From contig NC_068984.1 in NCBI RefSeq assembly GCF_001194135.2, positions 144,233,669 through 144,283,802 on the forward strand: a stretch of 50,134 bases of DNA, written 5' to 3'. Under the pieces are notes generated by a model. That model saw only the letters and a list, made by a program, of their open reading frames with translations. It was not told the DNA's origin and made no database searches. The stretch's first letter is position 1, and the number at the start of each line of letters is the position of its first letter. A program made the translations under genes and the position numbers. Shown piece by piece: positions 11,733 through 20,424 of this stretch. The stretch is from Octopus bimaculoides. Its lineage: Eukaryota.

Positions 11733-13519
11733 TGAGTCTATTTCAGCTCCTGTCCATCAAATCCACTCATCAAAGCTTTGATAATGTTACAAATAATAGG
11801 CTTCCAAACAATTTCCATCCACCAAATTCACTCACAAGGCATTGTTGAGTCCCCTGCTATAATACAAGACCCTTACTCAAGGTGCCACACTGTGTGAGAG
11901 AACCCAAACCCATGTGCATGCAAAGTGGATTTCTTGATCATGTATGTGCCTGTTCAGCTTAATACATTGCCATATGGCCCTTGGGTACCGTAAGCTTCTA
12001 GTGCATGCATTCAAAGCAGGCCCTTGGTTTCTGCCCTGCCTACATTTTCCAGTAGATATTGACTGACAGATTTTCAATTAGGGATCATTATTTCCTTTGC
12101 CTCTGTACATTTTGCCTCATCGACAGGCGTTTAGTCATAGCATTAACTACATCATTCTTACCACTGTCTCGCTTCTTGCAGAATAATTTATAAACAATGT
12201 TTCGGCTGATATACCCTCCAGCCTTCATCAGGTGTCTTGGGAAATTTCGAACCTGGGTTCTCAGTCCTAAGGTATTTTTCATTGTTATTATAATTATAAT
12301 AATAATAATAATAATAACATTGAAAAATACCTTAGGACTGAGAACACCTGATGAAGGCTGGAAGGTATATCAGCTGAAACGTTGTGTTAACAACAAAAAA
12401 GATGAGGACAAATATTCATCAAATGTAAATAATTCCTCATCTCTTAAATATAGAACTGTATTAATTTATAAAATCTGTTTAAAAAGAACCAAAATGTATA
12501 AAATAAAATGAAAAATGGAAATAACGACATAGGTGTAGCCATGGTTGTGTGGTTAAGAAACTCATTTTGCAACCATGTGGTTTCAGGTTCAGTCCCACTG
12601 CACAGTAACTTAGACAAGTGTTTTCTACTAAAGCCATGGGCCAACCCAATGCCTTGTGAAGAAATTTGGTTGGCTGGAACCATGTTGAAACTGTGCTGAA
12701 ATCTGTATATTCTTTTATTTGTTTCAGTCATTTGACTGCGGCCATGCTGGAGCACCACCTTAAGGGGTTTTAGTCAAACAAATCGACCCCACAACTTATT
12801 CTTTGTAAGCCTAGTACTTACTCTTTCAGTCTCCTTTGCTGAACGACTAAGTTACGGGGACATAAACACACCAACATAGGTTGTCAAGCGATGTTGGGGG
12901 GACAAACACACAAACGACGGGCTTCTTTCAGTTTCCGTCTACCAAATCCACTCACAAGGCTTTAGTCAGCCCAAAGCTATAGTAGAAGACACTTGCCCAA
13001 GGTGCCACGCAGTGGGACTGAATCCCATCATTCCCTCCAATCCATTCTTGAATTATTCCAATATATGAATATTAAATTAAAACAGATTTTAACCGAGCAA
13101 AATCAACAGCAGATTGTTGTAGAGAACTATGGACCTTTTTACTTGTTGTAATAACAAGTAAAGCAGGGCAAACAATACCAGTGTCCGTGTTACCCTGCTA
13201 TCTATGTACCATTCCATCAGAGAAAACGTATAAAAGGCGCTCTTGAAACTGACGGTGGGAGCCATCTTGAAGGAAGACTAAGTAAAAACGAGGGTTGCGT
13301 TGAAGCTCCATTATACAGCTCTTGCCTTTAAATCCACTGAAGGAGACATTGCTGGTACGCAACTACCTGTAGAAGTATAGGAATTCCATTGGAAGTTCAG
13401 TAATGAGTTAACCATAAACTTATAGGATCTAAAAAGGACCGACACCTTATACACACCACACATACACAATAATCATCTAACACTAACGCATGTGTGTGTG
13501 TGTGTGTGCGTGCGTGCGT

Positions 13520-13562
<43 letters not shown>

Positions 13563-15951
13563 GAGAAAGATAGAGAGAGGTTACAAAGCAAGTTCCTTAG
13601 TCACACAACCTTGCAAATTGGGTAAATGATGTCAGAATTATTTTGTTGCCACCCTGTAAATGACAACTCCAGAGGGTGTATATATGTTTAAATATCAACC
13701 AGTAACAACTAACTACAGCTACAACAACAACAACATCATCATCATCATCAACAGCAGGCAGTGAATATCAAAGCAAGGAAGTGAGACGAACCAGGAGAAA
13801 GTAGAAGTTTTGAAACAACTCAGAAGACAGACGCAGCAAATTGTTTCGAATGTTTTCGCAAGGATTGAAACAGTTCTTCTCCGTTTCAATGTTGGAACCA
13901 TTCATTGCAGGTCCCCCGTCCAAGAAATGAAAGACTGGTCACACAGCTGCATGATTAAGTCTGCAACCCTAGGCTGACCAAACCTTTCTGAGTAGATGAG
14001 TGAATGGAAACTGAAAGAAGCCCATCGTGTGTGTGTGTGTGTGCATGTTCATATGAGGAGGTGGGGTACTTGATTAAATCTGCACTCCAGCAAAAAAGGT
14101 AAAATGGCTAAGCTATGACCCATGATGTTGCTTTCATTTACTCTGTCAACAGGTTGTCTGCTGGTTTCATGCTTTTGAAGACATGGAATAAGATATCCCT
14201 TAACTGAAAAACATGTAAGGGTTAATGACAGGAGGGGCATCAAGCTGTAAAACAATATCTTAATAATATATTCATCTAACTCATACTAGCATGGGAAAAT
14301 GGACATAAAAAAAGAACAAATGACCAAGACAATCACCACCAACATCATTATTGTTGTTGTTTAGCGTTCATATTCCATGATGGCATGGGTGGAATGGTTC
14401 GATAGGATCTGATTAAGCCATGGTTGTATTGGTTTCCAATGCTTGCTTTAGCAACCAGATGTCCTTCTCTCCTAAAACAAAGCACATGACAAAATGTATT
14501 GAGTGCTCTACTCACAGCACCAGCACTAGTGAGGTCACCAAGGAATCAGGTTCAACAGATTGACCCAATGCCAAAGATTTTGAGCTCGGATGATGATGAT
14601 AGATCAGTGCTTAAGTCTAAATTATGCAACATAAACTGCATGTCACAGCTGCAGGTTCAATTCAAGCCAAGGTTGACTGAATATTTCCTCTCTATCAAGA
14701 AATGAAATACATATCAGTCACTAAATGAGAGACAATTTGGGTCGTCTAGTATTTTGTATTTGTGGGTCAGCATCACATATTCAGCTGACCACACCCATTT
14801 TAAATATCTTCTATTTAACCAGAGCTGATTGAGGAGACAAACAACAACAATGACAATAATTGCACTAATTGTAGTAATTTAGATTAGACACAGATTAGGG
14901 AGAATTTTCTCTTAATTAGCTTTGGAGAGCAGAGAGAAGTTTGCCATGACCTTCATAGATTTTTCTCAGACTAGTGAAATCAATGTGGTTCATGATTTAA
15001 CTTGTGTCTGTCGTTTCAAGAATTTAGCTAAACATGGCCTGAGAAGATGTTCCTAAGAGCTGCAGTCCAGGATTGGGAAGAATGCTTAATAATGAGGTTT
15101 GGCAGGGCAGGATGAGATGATTGGGTGTGGACGTTTGGACGTTAATGATCTGGTATGGCTGACTGGACATCCTGCCTGTTTAGGCAACAGTACGTTTTAG
15201 GCACTGGGGACATACACATACACACATGCATGTGTGCAGAGAGAGACAGAGACATTACACATACATACAAACATAACTAGATGCTCACACATATAAAACA
15301 GAGTGACAGACAGAGACATTAAAAGAAAAACATTAAAGCAGCAATGCCAAATAGTTGGCGCCAAAACGTCTCATACCTTTGACAGGGTGAGAATTGTATG
15401 GAACATGAATATAAAAGAGACAACTAAATTGAGTGAGTTTGAGCAGGGATAGGTAGACAGGCACAGGAGTGGCTGTGTGGTAAGTAGCTTGCTTACTAAC
15501 CACATGGTTCTGGGTTCAGTCCCACTGTGTGACACCTTGGGCAAGTGTCTTCTACTATAGCCTCGAGCTGACCAAAGCCTTGTGAGTGGATTTGGTAGAC
15601 GGAAACTGAAAGAAGCCCGTCGTATATATGTATATACCCCAGTACTCAACAGGTACTAAATTTACTGACCCTGAAAGGATGAAAGACAAAGTCGACCTTG
15701 GCAGAATTTGAACTCAGAACGTAAAGTCATATACGGTAACCCGACTGACGTATTGATCAGATGTGCGTAGAGCAACAAACAGAAACCACATCAAACTGCA
15801 CTAAACTATATGTGAACTTATTTACATTTGACGAATATTTGTCCTCATCTTGTTTGTTGTTAACACAACATTTCAGCTGACATACCCTCCAGCCTTCATC
15901 GGGTGTCTTGGGGAAATTTCAAACCTGGGTTCACATTCCTAAAGTATTTTT

Positions 15952-15983
<32 letters not shown>

Positions 15984-17527
15984 CTGTTGCTGTTGCTGTT
16001 GTTGTTGTTGTTGTTGTTGTTCAGGTCACTGCTTGGAATTGAACTCAAAAGGCTAAGAATTGAACTCTGAATCTTGGGGTTAGTAGCTCGCGTTCTTAAC
16101 CACAACAGTTCAAATTCTGCCAAAGTCAACTTTCGTTGTTCCAGGGTCAATAAATTTAAGGGGAGGGGTAAGTTGAATACATTGACCCCAGTGCTCAACG
16201 GGCCCTACTTTTATCAACCCTTAAATCTGCTGGCCTTGTGCCAAATTTTAAAACAAGTATGTAATGTTCCCTTTCTTTTTCAAGGCAATTTAAGAGCAAT
16301 TTGAGGTAGATTTAGCTGCTAATTCTTGCAGAGCAAGTAACCATATTAAGGTTCTGTTTTTATTTAGTCACAATTTATCTTGAGAGAGAAGAACTATGAT
16401 CAAATGTATCTGAGACATAATCACTCCCATTTTATTTTGGTTGACATAGTACATCTTGGATTATATTATCTAGTGTGCCCTTCCTCTTTTTAAGGCTCCG
16501 TCCCTTGTCTTATCATAAGTCAGTATTCAGTGAATGTGAAGAGATAAACAGTGATTCAAATATGGAAAACGGTAATAAAATGCTGAGTTTTAACCGAGGT
16601 ACTGAATGGTAGCCGAATAGACATGCTGGAGAAATAGACTGAAAGGTATCTGGGATGAGGAAGTAGATTAAAGGATGTTTAGACGATGGGGGCTGAAAGT
16701 TAAACATATCTTTGACATGTAGACTTGTTAAACATAAGTAAATGTGAAAAATGTTTACCAACACACACACACGGAATCCATTTCTCATGAAATTATATGT
16801 AATACCCAACTAGAACCCAAACTAAACACTAGCCTAATATGCGCAACTCACTAAACAATCTTTCTCCAAGGGGACCAATCCCCACCCTCAACCCACACTG
16901 CCACCCTAATTCCTTAATCATTAACTACCAATTCAAATCTGATTGGAACTTCAGTCATCCACATCTACAAACTAAGGAGGATATCGAAACCAGAAAGTCA
17001 ACATCACTGATGACAGGAGTCAATGAAGGAAAGGAGTCTATTTGGTAGCCCAAGCTGCAAGAAAGAATAAAAGCAGTCACTGCCTACCATCTTGTAAAAG
17101 AACACACTGGATGATACAGTAGAATGTACCCTGTTCTGGAATGAAAGGTAGGATGTACACAATGCAACAGCCTTTCATGATGTAATTGACTACTCAATCA
17201 GCACTGACTTGAGGCTACACAACACTCAATGTATGAAATGTACACTTCACTTTAAAGGCTCAGAGGAAACTCTAAGTGATGCATAAACACTCAGCTCTGT
17301 GCACTGCTTCATACGGCAGAAACAGTTGTAAGCTAATGAAGTTGATTCTGTAATTCTTGTTTCTTGTCATTAATTTTGCATGTGTGTGTGTGTGGCGGGG
17401 GGGTCAAGTCAGTTCCTTGCTGCACTAAATTTCGCCTGTGGGTGCACAGGGGCTTGATGTGAACAGTGCCTCCACATTCCTACTATGATACCAAGAGCTC
17501 TTTCTTCCAGCAGACAACACTAAACAG

Positions 17528-17618
<91 letters not shown>

Positions 17619-20424
17619 CGCACGTACACTCGTGCCATGCAGACAAAAGCAGTAGATGCCATGGCAATGTCTGAAAGCAAAATTACATGAAGTTCTGGTG
17701 CCATACTTACTATTTAAGGATCCTGAATATTCAAGGAATATGTTATTGCAAGCAAGAATGTAAATTTCTCCTGATGATAATTTGAGTACTAATTGAGGTT
17801 TTAGAAGGCACAAGCCCTACAAGAAAACATTAAAAAAAACACATTAGAACAAAGAATTTTATCAACTTACAAAACATGTTAGAATGAAAACAGAGTTTAA
17901 AGTCAAGTTTTTAAATAATAGGTTTTCAAACAAAAATATCAGTGTCTTAATTTTTTTTTCTTTTGGGGAAGCAGCTAAACTTCTCAGAAACTGTTGCGTC
18001 AACATCACTAAGGCCAGTTGTGGTGCCGATCACAGAAGCAGCAAAGCAGGGAGGGTTTTGTTAGAAATCCCTGTTCCCTGGGAGGACCAGATCAAGGAGA
18101 CAAATGAGAATAAGTGGAGGAAATATAGACTGAGCTGGTGGAGTTTTTACTACAGCAATGGATGGTTAGCAAGGTGTGATCCTGTCATGGTTGAATGTAG
18201 AGTTTTTGCAGGCCAGCTTAGCATCACAGGGGTTCAGCCCGTAAGCAGGAGACCATCGGGTTGGCTGTGGAGGAGCAGAGGTTGCCTCAGAGTAGCTGTA
18301 GATTAGGTGTGATCATGTAGGTGTAGATCAGGAGGGGGTATTGATACCAAGGGTAGTGCTAACGAGACACAAGCAGGAGCCTGATCAATCAACTTTGGCC
18401 GGGGTCACCTGGATGAGGGTGTCTGACGTTGAAGGACCTCAAACACCTAATGACCCCAGGAAACATCACTGACAATGCATCCCGAAGCACCACACTATGA
18501 CATATAAAAATAAAAAGTTTATTACAATTTATTAAATTTAAAGAATGGATGGAAGAGCAAATTTACATTAATAAAATATATACAGTGATACCTCGCAGTA
18601 CAGGTTCAATTCATTACATAACTGAGCTCATCTTACGATTTACTCATTCTACAAATCAATTTTCCCCCAAAAGCACCATCCGAGCATGATCGCTGCCAGG
18701 GCCACTGACTGGCTCCCGTGCCAGTGGTACGTAAAAAGCACCATTCAAGCATGGTTGTTGCCAGTGTCGCCAGACTGGTTCCTGTGGAGGTGGCACGTAA
18801 AAAATACCTTTTGAGCATGGTCATTGCCAGTACCGCCTGACTGGCCCTTGCGCTGGTGGCATGTAAAAGCACTCACTGCACTCTCGGAGTGGTTGGCGTT
18901 AGGAAGGGCATCCAGCTGTAGAAAGTTTGCCAGATCAGACTGGAACCTGGTGCAGCCTTCTGGCTCGCCAGTCCTCAGTCAAACCGTCCAACCCATGCCA
19001 GTATCAAAAGCAGACGTTAAACGATGATGATGATGATAATTAATCCGTTCCAGCCCCACAAAACTACTCAGAGATAATTTTTTATGGGTTTTAAAACAGA
19101 AAAGGTGTAGTTACAAGCGAAATGGCAATTATAAAAAGGAGAATGCAAAAGAAATATGGAAACTGGTTTTATTAACTGAATTACTTTAAAGATGGGACGA
19201 TTTGTGTGCTCGTACTGCGGATTTCCGCTCGTACTTCAAGACAAAAATTCGCACGAGTCTCAGCTCATACAGCAAATTACTCGTACAATGGGGCACTCGT
19301 ACTGCGAGGTTCTGTTGTATTTAGTTAAAAGTAGTTAACAAAAATAAAAAATAAAAAAGATAACATTCCACAATTTGATTCAAATATAAATCTTATGAAA
19401 TGACAAACACAGGTGCAGGAATGGCCGTGTGGTTAAGAAGGTTGCTTAACAACCACCTGGTCCCAGGGTTGATGCCAAAGAGCTGGATGAAGTGCTTTCT
19501 ACTCTCATTCCAACACAACGAATGCAAACTGAAACTGTATCAAACCAGCCATATGAGTAGGTGGGCACATGTATGCATGAATACTGGTTTCAAATTTTGA
19601 CACAAGGCCAGCAATTTATGGGGGATGGGGGTAAGTCAGTTACATCGCCCCTAGTGCTCAGCTGGTAAAAGACAAAAGGCAAAGTCAACCTCAGCAGAAT
19701 CTGAACCCAGAACGTTAAAGGCAAATGAAATGCTACAAAGCATTTTGCCCGGTGGGCCAATGATTCTGTCGGCTCCCCACCTTAGGGTGCATGAATATCT
19801 ATTTCTTTATTGCCCACAGGGGGCTAAACATAGAGGGGACAAAAAAGGACAGACAAAGGGATTAAGTCAAGTACATCAACCCCAGTGCGTAACTGGTACT
19901 TATTTAATCGACCCCGAAAGGATGAAAGGCAAAGTCGACCTTGGTGGAATTTGAACTCAGAACCTGAAGGTAGACGAAATACCACTAAGCATTTTGCCCG
20001 GCGTGCTAATGATTCTGCCAGCTCGCTGCCCGAAATGCATGAATATTGATACTGTGCCTATCATCATGTAAGCATATCTGTGACATGTCAGCATTATGAC
20101 CAGTGACTCTGCACTTTCAAAGTCTTGTAGAATATTTTTAAAAAAACCCTTTCCTGCCAGAAACAGTGAGGGTTGGTGACAAGAAGAGCATCCAGGATTA
20201 AAACCCCTTGTCTCAAATCCTTCCTCCAACCCCTGTGGTTGGCACCTAAATCATAATAGCATGGGAAGGAAAACAGATTTAAATTAACAAACACCACAAA
20301 ATAAACATGAGAGAAGCTTTTGACTTACTTGGGCATTTTCATAAAATAGTTCTAAGAAGTCATGTGGAATACAGTCCGCATAAGCCTTTTCTAGTATCCA
20401 GGAAAGAGACAGACGTAGCTTCGC
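1..20424 (-). CDS. CAMSAP: CAMSAP/Patronin-family gene, partial spliced CDS (10 exons; 5' start exon not found, 3' part runs off the left edge)
   Basis: Joined translation AKLRLSLSWILEKAY...KPQLVLKLSSGEIY...ILQALSRKGFYI...KAHLSFLDVLMKAY...VEDALLLWVNQV...GDGCSLAVLISFY...DIVIKKSPSIADCLFNLRLIKNFC...FTYEDLLY...YLAELFNKFE...VPISNVTKKSF follows, motif by motif, the CAMSAP1/2 N-terminus and CH domain as I recall them. All nine donors are GTAAG, all acceptors are pyrimidine-rich ...AG, and phases are consistent. Confidence 0.95.
630..865. mobile_element. Degenerate piggyBac-like MITE
   Basis: Ends ttgaacccgttagcatt ... aatgtaaaaaagttaa look like decayed TTAA-CCCTTTAGCATT/AATGCTAAAGGG-TTAA termini; family recalled from octopus DNA. 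Confidence 0.55.
1466..1950 (+). mobile_element. Retroposon family A (internal ~60-66 bp tandem units, RTE-like 3' end, (GAT)n tail)
   Basis: About five tgtgccggtggcacataaa...gttgccag units, then ...ccaacccatgccagcatggaaagc...aaacgatgatgatg; many copies in the window. Confidence 0.85.
1985..2040 (-). CDS. CAMSAP: CAMSAP small exon, SAPPTREPLLSKRYSQKD (56 nt, phase 2-1)
   Basis: Acceptor tctcctcttttgtag, donor atg|gtaaga; supplies exactly the phase shift needed between the 3045 and 480 exons; PLL motif. Confidence 0.9.
2281..2573 (+). mobile_element. Retroposon family A copy
   Basis: Same 3' end and (GAT)n tail as 1466-1950. Confidence 0.85.
2640..2860 (-). mobile_element. SINE family C (tRNA-headed, ~230 bp)
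   Basis: Reverse strand has a B-box-like ctgagttcaaattc and central gtcgacttcgcctttcatcctttcggggtcgattaaataagtacc; highly similar copy at 19800-20030. Confidence 0.85.
3045..3171 (-). CDS. CAMSAP: CAMSAP exon, GVSNERRYNQQSIANVPISNVTKKSFQTYDISSISQDTSNS (127 nt, phase 1-2)
   Basis: Acceptor ctgttttcattttag, donor aat|gtaagt; PISNxTKxSF motif that follows the CH domain in CAMSAPs. Confidence 0.92.
3958..4194 (-). CDS. CAMSAP: CAMSAP exon, CH domain core: DIVIKKSPSIADCLFNLRLIKNFC...AELFNKFENPSSSTSTNLQTENK (237 nt, phase 1-1)
   Basis: Acceptor ttaatttattttgcag, donor aaa|gtaagt; resembles DICLKExxSxADSLYNLxLIxEF...LEDMLY...AELFWWFE. Confidence 0.96.
4470..4640 (-). repeat. Four-unit 41-45 bp minisatellite derived from a family C SINE
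   Basis: caaagtcagccttggcaggatttgagct at 4470, 4511, 4556 and 4601. Confidence 0.9.
4865..4970 (-). CDS. CAMSAP: CAMSAP exon, start of CH domain: CDPTIPVLNGLSNIGDGCSLAVLISFYRSDSLRLQ (106 nt, phase 0-1)
   Basis: Acceptor ttattttctttgcag, donor aag|gtaagg; resembles DGCALAALIHFYCP of the CAMSAP CH domain. Confidence 0.94.
6238..6388 (-). CDS. CAMSAP: CAMSAP exon, CFTNLDVSQHILSTVEDALLLWVNQVCLYVQQLLHKESQSHHDALGGQKF (151 nt, phase 2-0)
   Basis: Acceptor gttttcctatttcag, donor ttt|gtaagt; conserved LEDAxxFWINKV-like motif. Confidence 0.93.
6625..6710 (-). CDS. CAMSAP: CAMSAP exon, KAHLSFLDVLMKAYINTLVSIDHIVHSL (86 nt, phase 0-2)
   Basis: Acceptor atatttgtag, donor ttg|gtaagt; resembles AHxAMIDALMMAYTVEMISIEKVV. 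Confidence 0.93.
6758..6832. repeat. (CA)n microsatellite just upstream (in transcript direction) of the 6710 acceptor
   Basis: Direct reading. Confidence 0.98.
6880..7140 (-). mobile_element. RTE (BovB-like) LINE 3' end remnant
   Basis: WQSLTNRGAALHEQKGIAGAQRKCKLRKSGANTLS*VPTDHWCLTCGRAF*ANIGLIG matches the RTE C-terminal CPxCGRxFRAxIGL motif; in-frame stops. Confidence 0.8.
7385..7650 (+). mobile_element. Retroposon family A copy
   Basis: 3' end ...ccagcatggaaagcagacgttaaacgac...gatgatg. Confidence 0.8.
7967..8004. repeat. Perfect inverted repeat (18-bp arms, 2-nt loop)
   Basis: gaattttccttccagtat-aa-atactggaaggaaaattc. Confidence 0.97.
8425..8850 (-). mobile_element. Retroposon family A copy, reverse orientation
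   Basis: (CAT)n then gtcgtttaacgtccgctttccatgctagcatgggttgg... followed by tandem units. Confidence 0.87.
8935..9130 (+). mobile_element. SINE family C copy (degenerate)
   Basis: aaatgctaagc...atgttctgagttcaaattccaccaaggctgactctgctttttatcctttc. Confidence 0.7.
9212..9321 (-). CDS. CAMSAP: CAMSAP exon, (S)FSSILQALSRKGFYISDYEGQAITESVLLQTSPFKV (110 nt, phase 1-0)
   Basis: Acceptor ttattctactttccag, donor gtg|gtaagt; conserved IQALSRKGIY-like motif; missed by the ORF track. Confidence 0.95.
11272..11507. other. Assembly gap (N run) after a (CA)n tract
   Basis: Direct reading. Confidence 1.
11508..11960 (-). mobile_element. SINE family B (long tRNA-headed SINE with internal microsatellite), degenerate
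   Basis: ttttagtcaaacagatcgacccc...ccaaattcactcacaaggc...caaggtgccac. Confidence 0.75.
12193..12450. mobile_element. Inverted pair of family D (Penelope-like tail) segments forming a long hairpin
   Basis: gtttcggctgatataccctccagccttcatcaggtg...ttctcagtcctaaggtatttttc is mirrored by gaaaaataccttaggactgagaacacctgatgaaggctggaaggtatatcagctgaaac around an (AAT)n loop. Confidence 0.85.
12530..12700 (+). mobile_element. SINE family B 5' part
   Basis: gtgtggttaagaaactc...ggtttcaggttcagtcccactgc...caagtgttttctact tRNA-like head. Confidence 0.75.
12715..13025 (-). mobile_element. SINE family B copy
   Basis: tgtttcagtcatttgactgcggccatgctggagcacc...gtgggactgaa. Confidence 0.87.
15460..15725. mobile_element. 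SINE family B head (+) abutting a family C fragment (-)
   Basis: ggcacaggagtggctgtgtggtaagtagc...gaagcccgtcg then ...aggatgaaagacaaagtcgaccttggcagaatttgaactcag. Confidence 0.8.
15825..16110 (-). mobile_element. SINE family D (tRNA head, (AAC)n spacer, Penelope-like tail)
   Basis: Reverse strand: gtggttaagaacgcgagctactaaccccaagattc...gtgacctgaac(aac)n...gatgaaggctggagggtatgtcagctgaaatg. Confidence 0.8.
17529..17630. repeat. (GT)n followed by (CG)n, an alternating purine-pyrimidine tract
   Basis: Direct reading; about 80 nt into the intron after the 17711 donor. Confidence 0.97.
17711..17816 (-). CDS. CAMSAP: CAMSAP exon, GLCLLKPQLVLKLSSGEIYILACNNIFLEYSGSLN (106 nt, phase 0-1)
   Basis: Acceptor atgttttcttgtag, donor aata|gtaagt; resembles CAMSAP IKPPVIKLLLSSELYC. 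Confidence 0.93.
18583..19317. mobile_element. Tigger/pogo-like (Tc1-mariner superfamily) non-autonomous element with TA flanks
   Basis: TA|cagtgatacctcgcagtac ... gtactgcgaggttctgttg|TA terminal inverted repeats. Confidence 0.75.
18669..19039 (+). mobile_element. Retroposon family A copy nested in the Tigger-like element
   Basis: Tandem units, RTE-like 3' end and (GAT)n tail, all lying between the two TIRs. Confidence 0.88.
19600..20030 (-). mobile_element. Two adjacent SINE family C copies (degenerate 19600-19775, well preserved 19800-20030)
   Basis: Both carry aaaggcaaagtc(g/a)acc...gaa(t)(c/t)tgaac(t/c)cagaac. Confidence 0.85.
20329..20424 (-). CDS. CAMSAP: CAMSAP exon, AKLRLSLSWILEKAYADCIPHDFLELFYENAQ (96 nt, phase 0-0)
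   Basis: Acceptor tatttttatattttag, donor caa|gtaagt; resembles CAMSAP AKIxxxLxWLxxKAYG...PFY. Confidence 0.93.

Noticed and set aside
12530-12620. tRNA-like sequences at SINE heads (also 15460, 30410, 42350)
   Set aside because: Continuous with SINE bodies and no complete cloverleaf evident; not tRNA genes
13367-13415. ATG-led 16-codon stretch ending cag|gtagtt, in phase with exon 9321
   Set aside because: Too short to be distinguished from chance
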